A stretch of DNA of 63,943 nt, counting the filler, from Welwitschia mirabilis (taxonomy: Eukaryota), in NCBI GenBank assembly GCA_051453625.1. It is 5 parts of one record of this genome, joined end to end, with 100 filler letters (N's around TTAATTAATTAA, not from the genome) between each part and the next. Parts side by side here need not be neighbours in the genome. Positions count along the whole stretch, not along the records: positions 33,624 to 55,504 come from JBOZIK010000001.1; 4 more parts are not named here. The stretch is one strand, 5' to 3'. The position numbers were made by a program, and so were the translations under genes. This document shows, in pieces, positions 39,546 through 53,300 of the stretch (positions are counted from its first letter, which is position 1; the number at the start of each line of letters is the position of its first letter). The notes under the pieces were generated by a model that had not been told where the DNA came from, searched no databases, and saw only the letters and a list, made by a program, of their open reading frames with translations.

Positions 39546-42500
39546 AAAAAAAAAGCCCTTCATCTCAAGCCATTTAGTAGTTCTTCTACTTTTGTATTTT
39601 CGATTATGCTTCTATCATAATCGACATTATCATGAGGGCTACTGTAGTTAACACTATATCTCTATCAATGTTGTAAAGAAGGGTAATACTCTTATTTAAA
39701 GCATAGAGGTCTATAAATCCCTTGCTGAACTAGAGATCCCATTAAATGGTAGAGATCAACAAATACAACCAAGAAGAAATTGTAAAACTTTACATAGAAT
39801 AGGGTATCCATTTCAAGTATGAAAAAGGTTAGCTAAAAAATTATAAGAAGCTAATTGATGACATTAAACAAATGCATTCTATGCATGTTTCAATGTTGCA
39901 AATATCATTAAAAGGCCCAACATCAACTAGCAAAAATCTCTCAAAGTTGAGACTACTTGCACTAATGTTTGCATGGTGGCCAAGGCCTAGGACAACTGCA
40001 AGTGATAAGGGAGTACCTCAATAAGACTGATAATATTGTGTAGAGAATTAATAGCATTAGAGGAGCTAAGATGTATAAGACTAATATTTAGTTGGCAAAG
40101 GCATGATTTACCAATGTTGTAAAGGATCTAGAGGATCTAGTCCCCCTTGAGCAACATCTATAATGTTTGACTGCACCTTTGTAGAAGATGATGAGCTTTT
40201 AGTAAGGATCTTTGAAGGTAGTTGTAAGCTTAGATGCCAAGTTAAGTGGAGATCTTAGAATACTAAATAGGAAAGTGTAGTAAACTACAGGAAGTTGGTG
40301 AAATTTTAGACTTGTCTTGGTGTTTTTTTTCTCATGTTTAAATCACTTGTTAAATCTTACTAACATGTAGATGTAATAAGGGGAGAAACTTGCTAAATAC
40401 AACAAATTAAAATTAGGTAATTAGCAAAATCAGTGGCATAGAAATATCACTTAAAAATCTTCACATTGATAATGAATATAATATTACAAAGGTAGGCAGC
40501 ACACTGTTGAAATTCATAGAAGATATAACAAGTAAGTGTATAGATTAATAATAACTACATTCCTTATAGAATATAGGTCTTTACATTAAAATCAGTGAAT
40601 CTAGAGTGCAATAAATGTACTAGACTATTCCCCCTCTTTACTATTAAGGAAATTAACGAGAAAATACTATAGGAGGAAGACAGGGCACTAAGGGTCTTGT
40701 TATTCATAAAGCATTGTTAAGGTGGATTTGCTACTACTTTTGAAGAAAGTAGAGTCTACATAGACTAAATGCTTAAATCACTTGTTAGGAAGTACTTAAA
40801 TCTTGATTTAATGAGTTTCTTAGTAGTTGTATACAACTCTTCAATCTATGTAAGAAATTTGCCAAGATGCACTATATCAAACTATTAAGATTTAAAACTA
40901 TAAAAAAGCTCGATAGTTGAGACGCTCACTCCAGTAATAAAAAGTTTACTTCACTAATAAAAAACTTAAAGTTAAAACTATATTCTTCTTTTATACCATT
41001 CAAAGTAAGATAGAAGTCCTAAAACTATATTCTTCCTTTATATTCTTTACTTTAGTAATAGAAATGATCTAAAATACCTTTGATAATAATCAACATACAT
41101 GTGCATGTCATTAGTAGAGGAAGCTTTTAAAAATAAAACAAATGCTAAAGATAGTTTAACTTAAAGAGAGGGAAGTGAATTTGAATATAGGCATAGTAAA
41201 ATATCAAGGGTCAATAGGCATAGTGAAATACCAAGGATCAATCTTAAAGATTGTTGTGACTAGCTTTATGAAAGTTGCTTTAATGTACATTATCCATTCA
41301 GACATCCACCACTTGAAGGGATGATTGCAGTAATGGGCACAGAGTTATCTTTGACTTTTGGATTTTAAATTAGAAGTAGAGTTCCATGCTACTATTTTTT
41401 TTAGGGATATTCTAACAAAGGAGAAACATGTTTCTTTATGCATGCTTCACCCTTTGAAGGCAATTCTCGTAATCGCATATAAGCAGTGAAATCTAAAAAT
41501 GATACTAAAATAAGCATAGATAAAGTAGTTTCTATATAAGAAATTCCTATAAGGCATATTATTCAATCAAGAACAATAACTATGGAACCCAAGTGTAATG
41601 TTCCCAAAGTACAGCCTACGTAGAAAAGAATTACACCATTCCAACTTGTTCACCCAAATCCGGAGATAATTTAACTAGTATCTCAGAACTTGCTATGGAA
41701 ACAAATGTAATTGAGCAATTTCTAGAAGTGGAAACTCCTATTACTACTAGTTGGATTGAAAATAAAATAGAAACTAAAATATGCCTCAAAGAATTATCAC
41801 TAGGTTTTGATGTTCTTGTAAATAACAGACATGCTTAGCATAACTTTTAAGAAGATGTTCGTTATGCTTTAAACTATATCAGGAAACTTGTTAACGAATG
41901 TAAGCTTATTCAAGAAGGGATAATAGAGATTATAGAGGATACGTCACACTTTGAACATGAGCAAATACACGAGTTGGATTATAAGGTAATGGATCGCTTC
42001 CATTTTTTAGTGTATGTTTTATTTAAAAAAGCATCATATAGACATTCTTTCAATCATGTTGATAGATATAAAAGGAAATTTTTTTATGATTATTAATTTA
42101 ATGGGAGAGTTATTTTAGAGCAAATTGGATTATTATACTAAAAATATTTTAAAAATGAATCCAAGGAATCGCCTTAGAAAGTACATGAATACTAAAAATG
42201 AAAAATATGATGATGAAAATAATTTATTTTTAAAGTTATATTAAAACTAACCCTCAAATACTAGGTAAGGGAGTAAGCATTCTCTATTATTTCTAGTTTA
42301 CTAAAAATAGCACATCAAAAGTTGGTTGAAATTTTTCATAAATACACTTACAAAGAAGCAAAATTGTTATGAATAAAAAATAAAATTCGATTGTTGTTTA
42401 GTAGGGAAATCTCTAATGTAGTTAGTAAGGAACATATGTCTTTTTCATGATTTTCCTATGTATTTAGGTTGTTCATACAAATATGTTTTCTTTTACATCT

Positions 42501-45500
42501 TCTTTTTCTAAAAATATCATAATCACTTCAGATCAATCTCATTACTTTTGTATCATTTTATTTTTTTGAAGATTACATAATCACTTTAGACCAATATTAT
42601 CCTATTTAAACCCATTTATCCATTACATATTTAAACCAAATCATGTATAAGTTATCAAACCCTGTAATTATCTCTATTCCTCCTTTACTTTCTTATTCTA
42701 TAATTTTCCATCTCCTATTATTCACTATTATGTTATGTTCATACCCCACTTCATTTGCCATGCTAGCACCCATGCATGGTCTAATCATCCACTTCGTTGT
42801 CTTCCATTCCATTGGCCCTTAGATTCCTTTGGATTACCAGAGAGACCTCACCTAGGTAAGTATGTAATTTGGATTTAAAATTATTCAATATGAACTACAA
42901 GTAGATATATATTGAGTCAAAAGTTGAAGCTATGTAACTAATCAACCTTGAAAATATATGCATAAGAATCACTCTCATTATAAATGCTACTAGTTTCAAT
43001 AAAGAGGAAAGACCATCTAAAGCACTCACTAAAACCTTGTCAAGATGTCACAGGCAAGCAAACTATAACTTTTAGCATGAAAGAATTAGACATTAGCAAC
43101 TGTAAACACAAGAGTATCCATAGGAAAGGTTACTATAAAAAGTGAATGATACATGTTCATTCTAATGTATCTCTTCATCAAAGTCCTCTTTCTCTTATGT
43201 TTCATTTCTCATCATAGACAAGCTATCTCTTATTTGATGAGAAAAAGGAATTGTATGAATTGCAGCTACTAAAGGCATTCCCTTTTTCTCATCATCTACT
43301 AACCATTTAAATTTTGTTTTTATTTAATTTTATCTCTACATGATTTAATAGTTTAAAAAAATTCTGTCCCTCTTCTCTTAATCCTAGTCAAAAAGCTATA
43401 GTAATTAGGATAAAGAGGAATATACATTTAACTTACTCTTATCAATAGAAAATAAAAATGTATAAATATCTTCAATGGAGAAGTCTTGATAAGTATTTTA
43501 AATAAGCAAATAACAATGACTGTTAAGCCAAGAAAATGGAAAACCATTATGTTAGATGGTGCTATAGCAATGGTAATGTTTATTAGGGACTGATAGTATG
43601 ATGAAAAATTTTCTTTTAGGCTATTATTTATCTATAGCATTAATTCAGATGGGTAAAGAAAGGTAAATAACTTCAACCATGAATAAAGGACTCGAAAACC
43701 ATTGTAGAAGAAAATCATTATCATGTAAATCTAGACCACAACTTCTTATGAAAATATTAACATATCATTTCTAAAATTATGTAACATAAGTTTTCCTTTT
43801 TGATTTAATATGAATACAAACATAATAACATACTTACACTACTCAATAAAATGTTGAAACATATAACTGAGGGTAATGTAAAATTAATATTCCATTATTT
43901 GCAATGTTACAACAAAAAACATTCATGATAAAAATCACAAAAAAAACGAAAGAATAAAATCTAGAATTTATGTCCACCAAAAACATTTGTATACTATTTA
44001 TTGAAAGAAGATCAAAATTGAAACTTAACTAGGATTAGATAATTGATATACAATTTTAAACAAAAATACCTTTAATTACTAAAATTAAAAAAAAAAGTCT
44101 TATTTCAAAATTAACTAAGGAAGATTAGAAATATGGTATAGTGTTATCTATTAAATTCATTGTAAATGCAGATGTATCATAGGAGTTTAGAATTACTCTT
44201 TGAAGGAGTTAAGTCTCTCTTCTAATTTGATAATGAAGATTAAACACACAAGAAGAAAGCCTTCAAGTGAATGCTAGTACCAAGACTATTGTAGCTATAA
44301 AACTAAACATATTTCTACTCTTTGAAATGTAGGCACTTAATCATAGGGGATATAAATAAAAGTACTCGAGATAGAGAATTGCATCAAAGAATGAAAATTA
44401 TAGTAACTAAATAAAAACTATAGTAAAAAGATTCTAGGTAAAGAATTGTAGTAAATAATAAACATAGAATGAATCAAATCCATAATCAAAAATTATAGTT
44501 TAAGGAATAGAAGTAATTATTCTTCAAATTCATTATGACACCTCTACTTCAAGATAAAGAATTGCATTTAATCTTGTAATACATCTTGTTACTTATCAAC
44601 TATTGGTATTAAAATATTCTTATGGAATTCATTTATTTAGACCTCCAAATTTCTAGAAAAACTATAGTAGATTAGTATAATTTTTGATACCATATTTATT
44701 CTAGTTCTGTACTCTACACCTGAATCCAAGAGAAAAAATTAAAAGGGGAACAAATAAGATTGTAAGATGAATAAATTAAAATTTGACAAGCCAAAAATAT
44801 CAACAAGGGAAGAGAGAATAAGTATCTTATTTCTTTAGAGGTGTAAGACATCCTAATCTTAATAAACAAATGATCATTGACATTATTTACAAACACATTG
44901 AAGGATTTTAACATGTAACATGTGAAAGGTCTATGATTATGAGTAATATTTGCAACTATGAAAAGATGACAAAATGATAAACAACTAAATTTATTTTAAA
45001 GATGCATAAACAGGTACTAATCCTAGTATAATTAAAAACACTTTTGGTGTAGTCAAGGCCTCTCTTCTAGGGTATGGCTTGATCTTCGTAATGCCTTTGT
45101 AGTTAGATAAATTCTCAGATTTTTGTCTTGATCTTTACTATGCCTTTGTAAATAATCAAATAATTATAAGGCATGTAAGATCATAAGATGGTTAAATAAT
45201 AGTAGTCATAATATCTGCAAGAGACTAAAGGCCATTACACAAATTACTGCTGAAGATGAAGGAGCTCAAATTATTTATGAATTGAATAATGACACCCATC
45301 TTGGCAACTTCTACAAGATCCATATGTCAATTATGTTATGCAGTTTGCTTTATTAGTTTGTAAGGATCCTCTTCATTCTGCATTGGTTAATCCAATTTGT
45401 CCACATTTGCTAGCTCTTCCAAGTAGTCCATTTGAAAATTGGATACTTGCTCATGTAATTTTAAGAAAGTAACCATGTATAGAGTTTGTTAAAAACAAAT

Positions 45501-45769
45501 GAAACCACATAAAATATGGTGTTAATGCCAATAACCTTTGTATCATATACTACATTTGAGGATTGTAGATTATTGTGTTCTTCCTATTTCCATTTGTATG
45601 GCATGTAAAATTTAAACCTTTGAATTGTATCTTTGTAATGAGACTATTCAGTGAGTAAAACATTCGTATTTTTTATTCATGTGAAAAAGCAAGGTTCAAG
45701 TTTTACTCATTAGTATATGAAATATACAAAATAGCAATTGCAACCACCATGAACAATCTAAATTCTTTT

Positions 45770-45875
45770 ATCTATTCACAAGTAATACATCTATGTTACA
45801 TATATTACTAACTTATTCTAGCATCTAGCATGTAACACTCAAGTTTACTATCACTAAAATGATTATGTTCAAAAG
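45770..45875 (-). pseudogene. OPT3: OPT3-like oligopeptide transporter exon fragment, duplicate copy 2
   Basis: After acceptor tacAG: LLNIIILVIVNLSVTC*MLE*VSNICNIDVLLVNR, compared with OPT3 LVGTVVAGVVNLGVAWWMLESIQDICD. Confidence 0.75.
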
Positions 45876-45924
45876 CTGTATAGGACATTCAAAGAATTAA
45901 TAATGAAGAATCTTAATCCTTTGA

Positions 45925-46029
45925 TCTATTTGCAGGTAATATGTATGTGTTAAAAATATTATCAACATATTTTAGCATCCAACATGTAACACTCAAGTTT
46001 ACTATCACTAAAATGATGGTATCCAAAAG
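45925..46029 (-). pseudogene. OPT3: OPT3-like oligopeptide transporter exon fragment, duplicate copy 1
   Basis: After acceptor ttttcAG: LLDTIILVIVNLSVTCWMLKYVDNIFNTYILPANR. Confidence 0.8.
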
Positions 46030-46104
46030 CTGAAAAGGACATTTAGAGAATTAATAATGAAATTATCTTTTTGATAAGGATAGTAATCTTCTATAAAATT
46101 TACA

Positions 46105-46243
46105 ATATACCTACCATAGATCTTGAACATAAGAGCATGTGCACTACTGATCCTACCATAGATCTTGAACATAAGGTTTGTAATATGTCTTTCAGCATAG
46201 AGGTCATCTATATGTATTAAGATATGATGTTATAACCTAGAGC
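46105..46243 (-). pseudogene. OPT3: OPT3-like oligopeptide transporter exon, decayed
   Basis: After acceptor aatAG: ALGYNIIS*YI, then a frameshift, then HITNLMFKIYGRISSAHAL, compared with OPT3 QPGYDIIGQFIIGY..GKPIANLIFKIYGRISTVHAL. A 24-bp segment is internally duplicated. Confidence 0.85.
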
Positions 46244-46535
46244 CTATTTAATCATAATAATTCTTTAACAATCAATTATCATAACTAAAATGATATCATA
46301 GTTATGAACCAGATTCTTGATGAGTAATGGTTAGGAAGGCCATTCACATTCATAAACATTTTAGAAAAGCATTAAACTTAATAGAATACATATACAACTA
46401 ATTTCAATAAAGTTACTTGCACTCTAAGATAAGAAGTTTACTTGAACTCTATGAACACAAAGGTGTTGGAGCCCTTTTCAAATCAAAACCATTAGAAAAA
46501 AATATAACCAAATAAAGATAACAATACGCTTATAC

Positions 46536-46787
46536 TTAATTTGTAGTTGCTTGAATTACTTTAAGAGGGAGAGTTAACAACCATATCAAAGCATAGGCCA
46601 TGATCATGCCCCATCAAGGAAGGTGAACTTCTTTCTAAGTGAATGATACCACAATCCTTAAGACCATGCTACCTATCAATAAAATAAAGAACCATATATC
46701 TGGGACATCCTTGTATTGTTTTATTAACCTTGCATGGATGTCAAGCTTGATGGAAGACATAGTAGATCTACTTATTTTTAAAATATC
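46536..46787 (-). pseudogene. OPT3: OPT3-like oligopeptide transporter exon, decayed
   Basis: DILKISRSTMSSIKLDIHARLIKQYKDVPDIWFFILLIGSMVLRIVVSFT*KEVHLP*WGMIMAYALIWLLTLPLKVIQATTN* followed by a GT donor, compared with OPT3 KLDIHGKLMQSYKKVPEWWFYILLAGS...VQLPWWGMLFAFALAFIVTLPIGVIQATTNQ. Confidence 0.92.
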
Positions 46788-48894
46788 TATGAAAAAGTCA
46801 TATAGGAAAAGTTAGAATACTCTTAATTCCATTTTATTATATGTAAAACTCTAAACCATGAGAATAAAGGGTTGTTAGGATTTTATTGCTTATCTTTCAT
46901 GGTAAAAAATCACATGAGTAATATAGGGTTTAATTCTTACAAACCTCATTTCAAAAGAGATTATAAAGAGTGGACTAAGGTATAGTTTGTTGTAACTCAA
47001 ATAGGCCTTTAAATCTTAGAATTGTAGCAATATTAATAATTAAATTTGAAAACATTTGAACAATAGAGGATGAGATTATNNNNNNNNNNAACAGGGCATG
47101 GTTACACTTATTGTAAGGTATAAAAGAAGATGCAAAACAAGTTCTTTACACATGTGGACTCCAATAGATTAGAAACATCCATCAAATCAAAAATTTACCA
47201 AAAACTGGAAAGTAAATCAATAAATGCTGGCAAAGTTCAATAAAACTTTAAGATACATGCCATTTTATTATGAAGGAATCATGTTTATGTTTTGACTAAA
47301 TTAGTAAGTAGGTTTTCCAATTTAATCAAAAATCAGTTCTATAGTAGTATAGGAGCATAACAGAAGAGAAGAGAAAAGAAAAAGATAAGAAAAAAATAGA
47401 AATAGAAAGCTTTATAGTAGTGCTCCAATAATAAAAATAAATGAAAATTTATTTAATTATAGACCTTTCAAGATATGCAATTAACATTATTAATAAATAG
47501 AAGTAAAGGAAGCTTATGTAGGTGTAATCTTGAAAAATATCACTAAATATAGGGATCCAACATGCTTTGATACTTCATTCTATAGACTGAAGAGATGACC
47601 ATATTTGTGATCATTTAAAATAGAATTTATATATTATAAATTTCTAAATTTATCACTCCTTTTTTAAATACACTACATAATGTTTTTTAAATTCTATATT
47701 ACATTTAACTACTCATCCATCTTTCTAAGCAAGATGTCTATGATTACATGAAATGATTAATGATATTTTGTATATGATAGTGTTGAACTTGAAATCCATG
47801 GTTACATAGGTTCTCAGGGTAGTTATGCCTTTTTCCCATCTACTAGCATGTCATGATTATTTAATTCAAAGTCATTACTTTTAGTAGTTTGCCTAGGTGG
47901 CATTCATCTAGAAGAGACTATGAAACAAGAAGTATAACAATTTAACAAAAAGCTACAATAAACCTAAAAAGTTTGAGCCTCTTTAATTTTCAAGAAATGA
48001 TATGAATAGAATCTTCCTTTATCAAATTAAAACTCAATAAGAGAATTAGTATCATTTTGACACAAACAATCTACCAAAGTGTTTGTGTAGAATTCCTTCT
48101 TTGTACAAAACCTTTTCTATTCTTTTGTTCCTAGAAGTGGATCCTTTCTCTTTATAGGTGAAACTTGCCTAACAAAATCACATAATAATGATAAAATAAT
48201 TCATTTAGTTGCACATCATATGTGTAGAAACAAAATGTATGAGAAACAATCTAGAGAAGAGAATCTTGTATATATTGGTTATTATTATAGAAAGGCATTT
48301 TTCTTATCTAATATTTTACTAGACTATCTTATTAGAGGAATGAAATAATCGTATTTCTAGTACATGAAAATCCACATAATGAATACCAATGACAATTCTG
48401 CTATATTGAAAGAAATCTTCCTTTCATGTAAACTAACATAAACATTCACTTATCAGGAATTAGGATTTTTCAATGACTCAAATATCATTGATACCCTTTA
48501 ATAGCATGTTCTAAACTACTGAATGATATCTTTATTAACTCCTAAAATAGATTAGATATCAATTATCTATAAATTATCACTCAAATTATTCATTAAATTC
48601 ATAGAAAACTCTCAGAATATAAAATGATAACTTACTTAAGCTCAGCTAATTTGTGGACTTAACAATGTATTGATTGTACCTCTTACTGATACAATTATAA
48701 GAATACCTTATTAAGATTTGATTCTTATTAATGCTTAAGATGAAATATAAATCCATCGATTCAAATGATTAAAGAATGAAGTACGAAACAGAAGCAAACA
48801 AAAGTGCAAATGGAAATCAAAGGAAATAAAGTACTTTTTTAATAAAGTAGAAGTTTACATTAAGGAAGTTAAATATGAACACATTATTAATCAT

Positions 48895-49032
48895 CCTTTT
48901 AAAGCATGTTTTACTTATAAACACCTTAAAGATAATACCAAGTTTACTGTTAAGGCATTTGTACATACACATGTCTTAAAAAGGTATTTATTACCTTTTA
49001 TTTAAGGTGTTTCTTAAAATAAATGCCTTAAT
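48895..49032. repeat. CACTA right subterminal repeats
   Basis: acaccttaaa, ttaaggcattt, atgtcttaaaa, tttaaggtgttt and aaatgccttaat, the same motif as at 39180-39545. Confidence 0.8.
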
Positions 49033-50339
49033 AATCAAAATTTTAATAGTATGCTTTATATTCCTTCATCACTAAGGCTGGTGAGGAATAATTTAGAACT
49101 AGTTTCATTGCTCCAAGATTTAATCCTATAGTCCATCACTTAGTAACTGAATACTTGAGGTTGGAAAGTGAAGAACTATGTTGGTAACTCAATTATGAAG
49201 AGTCAATTTGTGATGTTTCCTTGGGTTAGCTAGATAGACAATTTTAGGTTTTAGAAAAGAAATTTGATCAACTTCAGGGTACTAATCCTATTCTGGTCTT
49301 AGCTACATTAAGTTTCAATAAGAAAATTATAGAAGAGATAATATGAGATGCTAGACATTATCAAATATTTTGGGTATTTCATCTAGAAGAGATTGATATG
49401 CTAATTGAATTTCTAGGTGAAATGCATCTCGTACCCTCAGGTGATAACTCCACTAGGTCAACATCAAAGACTAGGCATTCTCATATGAGTAATAAGTTTT
49501 GCAGTCACTTTAAAGATTGAGTTGCTTAATTCAGAGAATATTTTATTTAAGGATTTGGAAAGTGTTTTTAATTTTTACTTCTATAATTGAATAAAATAAT
49601 TACTTTGTTTACTAAATTTTTTGAGTTTTATTCCCAGTAAATTATTTATTTACTATTTTTATTATGGACACATCTATTTTGTTAAAGGAAATTCAAACTA
49701 AACAAGTTATGAAATTGTTAAGATTATGCAAATTGATTTACAACTTCAAAGTTTTCTCTCAGCTTAAATAAAATTTAATAATGATGCATGTTATTTAATT
49801 AAAAATATTTAGATGCACATTCCATTATAGACTAGAATATTTCCTTCTAAAGACTTTTCTTTTCTGATGTCTAGTTGTGATAAGGTTCTAGTTTTGATAA
49901 CTAGCTATGTCTTAGATACCTCCTAGGGCATAACTATTTCTCCACTTTTCATTTTTTACAATTTGGATTAACCACAATGAGGAGAGTATAACCACTGTCA
50001 GAGAAGTGAGGACCCATAGGATATTATATATAAGTACTTAGAAATTACTTTGATATGAGATGGAATGTGTCTCCTTAATTTTCTTAATAAAGAGAATGCA
50101 TAATTTCCTATTAAAGACTTATCAAGTCAACTTCTTAGTTTATAATCATTTTGTTCACCTTAAACAACCTGGTTAATTAATAGATTGAATAAACTTTAAC
50201 AAAATAATAAGTCCTTTTTGTTATCTAATTTTTATATCTTTATTTCATAGGTAGAGTGGAAGTATTTTTTCCACCCTATTATGTTTTTCTGAATAATTAA
50301 GTATACATTCATGATCATAATACAACCTTACTCTTTGTC

Positions 50340-53300
50340 TATTAGCTTAGTAGATTATTTTTTCATTAGGATCATAGATTGTTATGGCTCCATTCACTAG
50401 AATTTTTGTTATGGTATAGGGTCCTAGCTAATTTTATTCATATTTTTATTTTAGATGGATTTTCTTGGGATCATAAATTAATATAAAACCTCCTATGTTA
50501 AAATTTATTTCTCTGGTTCTATTATCATGATAAATTTTAGTTTTTTGTTGTATAAGTTCTTTATGTAAAAGAGCTTCTTTTCTATTTTCATCTAAAATAT
50601 TCATGTTTTCTATTCATTTTTTTGGAGCTATGTCTAAATTACATTTTAATTCTTTAGCTAATTTAAATGTTCTATTCTAAATTCAATTAGCAAAATAGCT
50701 CTTTTTCCATAAACTAATTCATATGAAGTAAATCCTGTAGTATGTTTCCAAGTTATCCTATAAGCTTATAGAGCTTCATTTAACTTATCAATCTAATTAA
50801 TATTCTTATTGTTTATAACCTTTATTAATATTTTATTAAGCTTTTTATTAGTTACTTTAGCTTGACCATTGAATTGGGGATAATAGGTAGTAGAGAGTTT
50901 GTGATGGATTCCAAAATTAGCTAAAAGTTTCTCAAAAACTTCACTAGTAAAATGAGTTCCCCTATTAGATATAAAACTCTAAGGGGCTCTAAACTAGTAG
51001 ATCATATTTCTAAGGAAAAGTTAACTACAGTTTGAAAAGAACAATTTTTTTAGCCTTAGCCTTAGTCCATTTAGTAAAGTAGTTAACACATACCAAAATG
51101 TATTTCTTTATAAAATATGAAGGATTGATAGGTATAATAAATCTATTCCTCAAACATCAAAAGGTTTGATCATTAAAATCCATTACTATGGCATTTCTAA
51201 TTCTTAGCTAAATGTGCCTTCTATTTGACACTTATCATAATTTTGGATATAGATGTTTGCATTCTTGAATATGATGGGTTAATAGTATCTAATGTAGAGT
51301 TTTTTCATCCTTGTTCTCTTTGCACTTTAATGTCCTTCTCCTTCTTCCTCATAACCTTTCTTTAAATTTTACTTTTATAAGTTCTAATGACATGGTCTTT
51401 GCATTCTCTAAATAACATCTTCTCATGCCAAATATAGTCTCTATACTTCCATAATAATATTTTTCTCTTATAATAAGTCATAAAAAAGGGTAATATTTTA
51501 CTTAAAATAAAATTAGTAACATCAACATACCATAGATTTATGGTTATACGAAAAACTTACTCATCAGGAAACTCATCTCTTATGTTAATTTGCTCTTCAT
51601 CTGGCAACTCTAACTTTGATAAGTAATCTACAACCAGATTCTTTGTTCCTTTCCTATTAATTATTTTTAAATTAAACTCTTGCATTAATAATATCCATTT
51701 CAGAATTCTCAAGTTTTCTTCTTTCTTGTTCATTAGAAATCTAATGGCACTATGATTAGTATGAACTTTCACTTTGTAACCTAAAATATAATATTTGAAT
51801 TTTTCTAATACCATTACCACTGCAAGAAATTATTTCTCTAGTATTATATAATTTTTTTGAGCTAGTTTGAAATTCTTACTAATGTAAATAATAACATAGG
51901 ACTTATTATCTTTGTCTTTCTATCCTAAAACTACTTTCATAGCATGTTTAGATTAATTTATCATAATTTGGAATGTTCTTATCCAATTTGACCATTATAG
52001 AATAACTGATAATAAAATTTTATCTTTTAAGGTTTGATATGAATCTTGACATTTCTTAGTCTAGTCATATTCCACATTCTTTTATAGAAGATTATTCAAA
52101 GGTTTGGAAATTTTACTAAAATTGGGTATGAATATTTTATAATATCTAATATGTCCTAGGAAAGGTCTCAACTCTTTGATTTTAGTTGGGTTGAAATGTC
52201 TTTTATAGCTCTAATTTTCTATTCATCAGTTTTAATCCTCCTTGTAGATATTTTATATCTTAGCACTATGCCTTATGTCATCATAATATGACTTTTCAAC
52301 AAACTAAGTTTAAGGTTTTTTCCTTGCATATTTTTAAAAAAATTTCTAGTCTTTCAAGTAACTCTTCAAAGTCCTTTATGAATGTTAAGAAATTATCCAT
52401 AGATACTTCAAATAATCTTCCTATCATGTCTTGAAAAATACTATTTACTAACCTTCGAAAAGTAGCTGGAGGATTACATAAATTAAATAGTAGTACTTCA
52501 TAGGCATAAGTACCCCAATGATAAGTAAAACTTATTTTTTCTTGGTTCTCTAAAGCTATAAGAACCTAGTTATAGTAGCTATATCCATCTAAAAAGTTGT
52601 AGTATTAATATCCAGACACTCTTTTTAAAACTTGTTCAATAAATGAAAGAGAAAAGTGATTTTTATAAGTTACTTTATTTAATATCATAAAGTATATACA
52701 TGCTATTCATTTATTTCCTTTATTTGGTACAACTATTATAGGACTAACCCATTATAAATTAGATATTGATCATATGAATCTTACTTTTAAGAGTTTAAAA
52801 ATTTCCTACTTAATTACCTCCTACATATATGAGTTACACCTTCTCTCTGGTTACTGCATTGGTTTAATAGAAGCATCTAAGTAGGTTTTGTGTTAGTAAA
52901 TTTTTGGATCTATTCTTTTAATATCTATATTATTCCAAGTGAAGGCTTCTTTTCTTTTTATTAACATTCTTTTAAGTCTTTTCTTGTAATAATGAGTTAA
53001 ATAATTGTTTATGATCAAAGGTCTATTAGAAGCTACCTCAATATACTCTAGCCCTTTCTTAAGAGGATGTTTTTCTATTTATTTAATTGTTAAATCTTCT
53101 TCCTCATATTTCTTCTCATTTTGTTTATTTAACATTAGGTTACCTTCTTGTGTTAAGATTGCATTGATCCTTACTTCGATGTTTTATACCATTTCTTCAA
53201 CAACTATTATATCAGAAAGTTTGATTTCTTTTTTAAGATCTTTGAGACTCATTTCCATTACCCCTCTTATAAAATAAATAGTAGCATCTATATTAGCCAT

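Larger units (their letters stand above)
39162..49051. mobile_element. Non-autonomous CACTA (En/Spm) DNA transposon, ~9.9 kb
   Basis: Left end TACTACAAGAAAT (CACTACAAGAAAA with C to T). Right end aaaattttaaTAGTA (TAGTG with G to A). The 3-bp flanks TGT (39159-39161) and TGC (49052-49054) differ by one transition. The same ATGCCTTAAAA/TTTTAAGGCAT subterminal repeats occur at both ends. No TnpD motifs were recognised. Confidence 0.75.

Noticed and set aside
45330-45440. PPR motif (GLLGRASK, minus strand)
   Set aside because: The match is too short and does not extend to a 35-aa repeat.
45770-46787. Functional OPT3 gene
   Set aside because: Multiple stops, a frameshift, internal duplications, and both ends missing.
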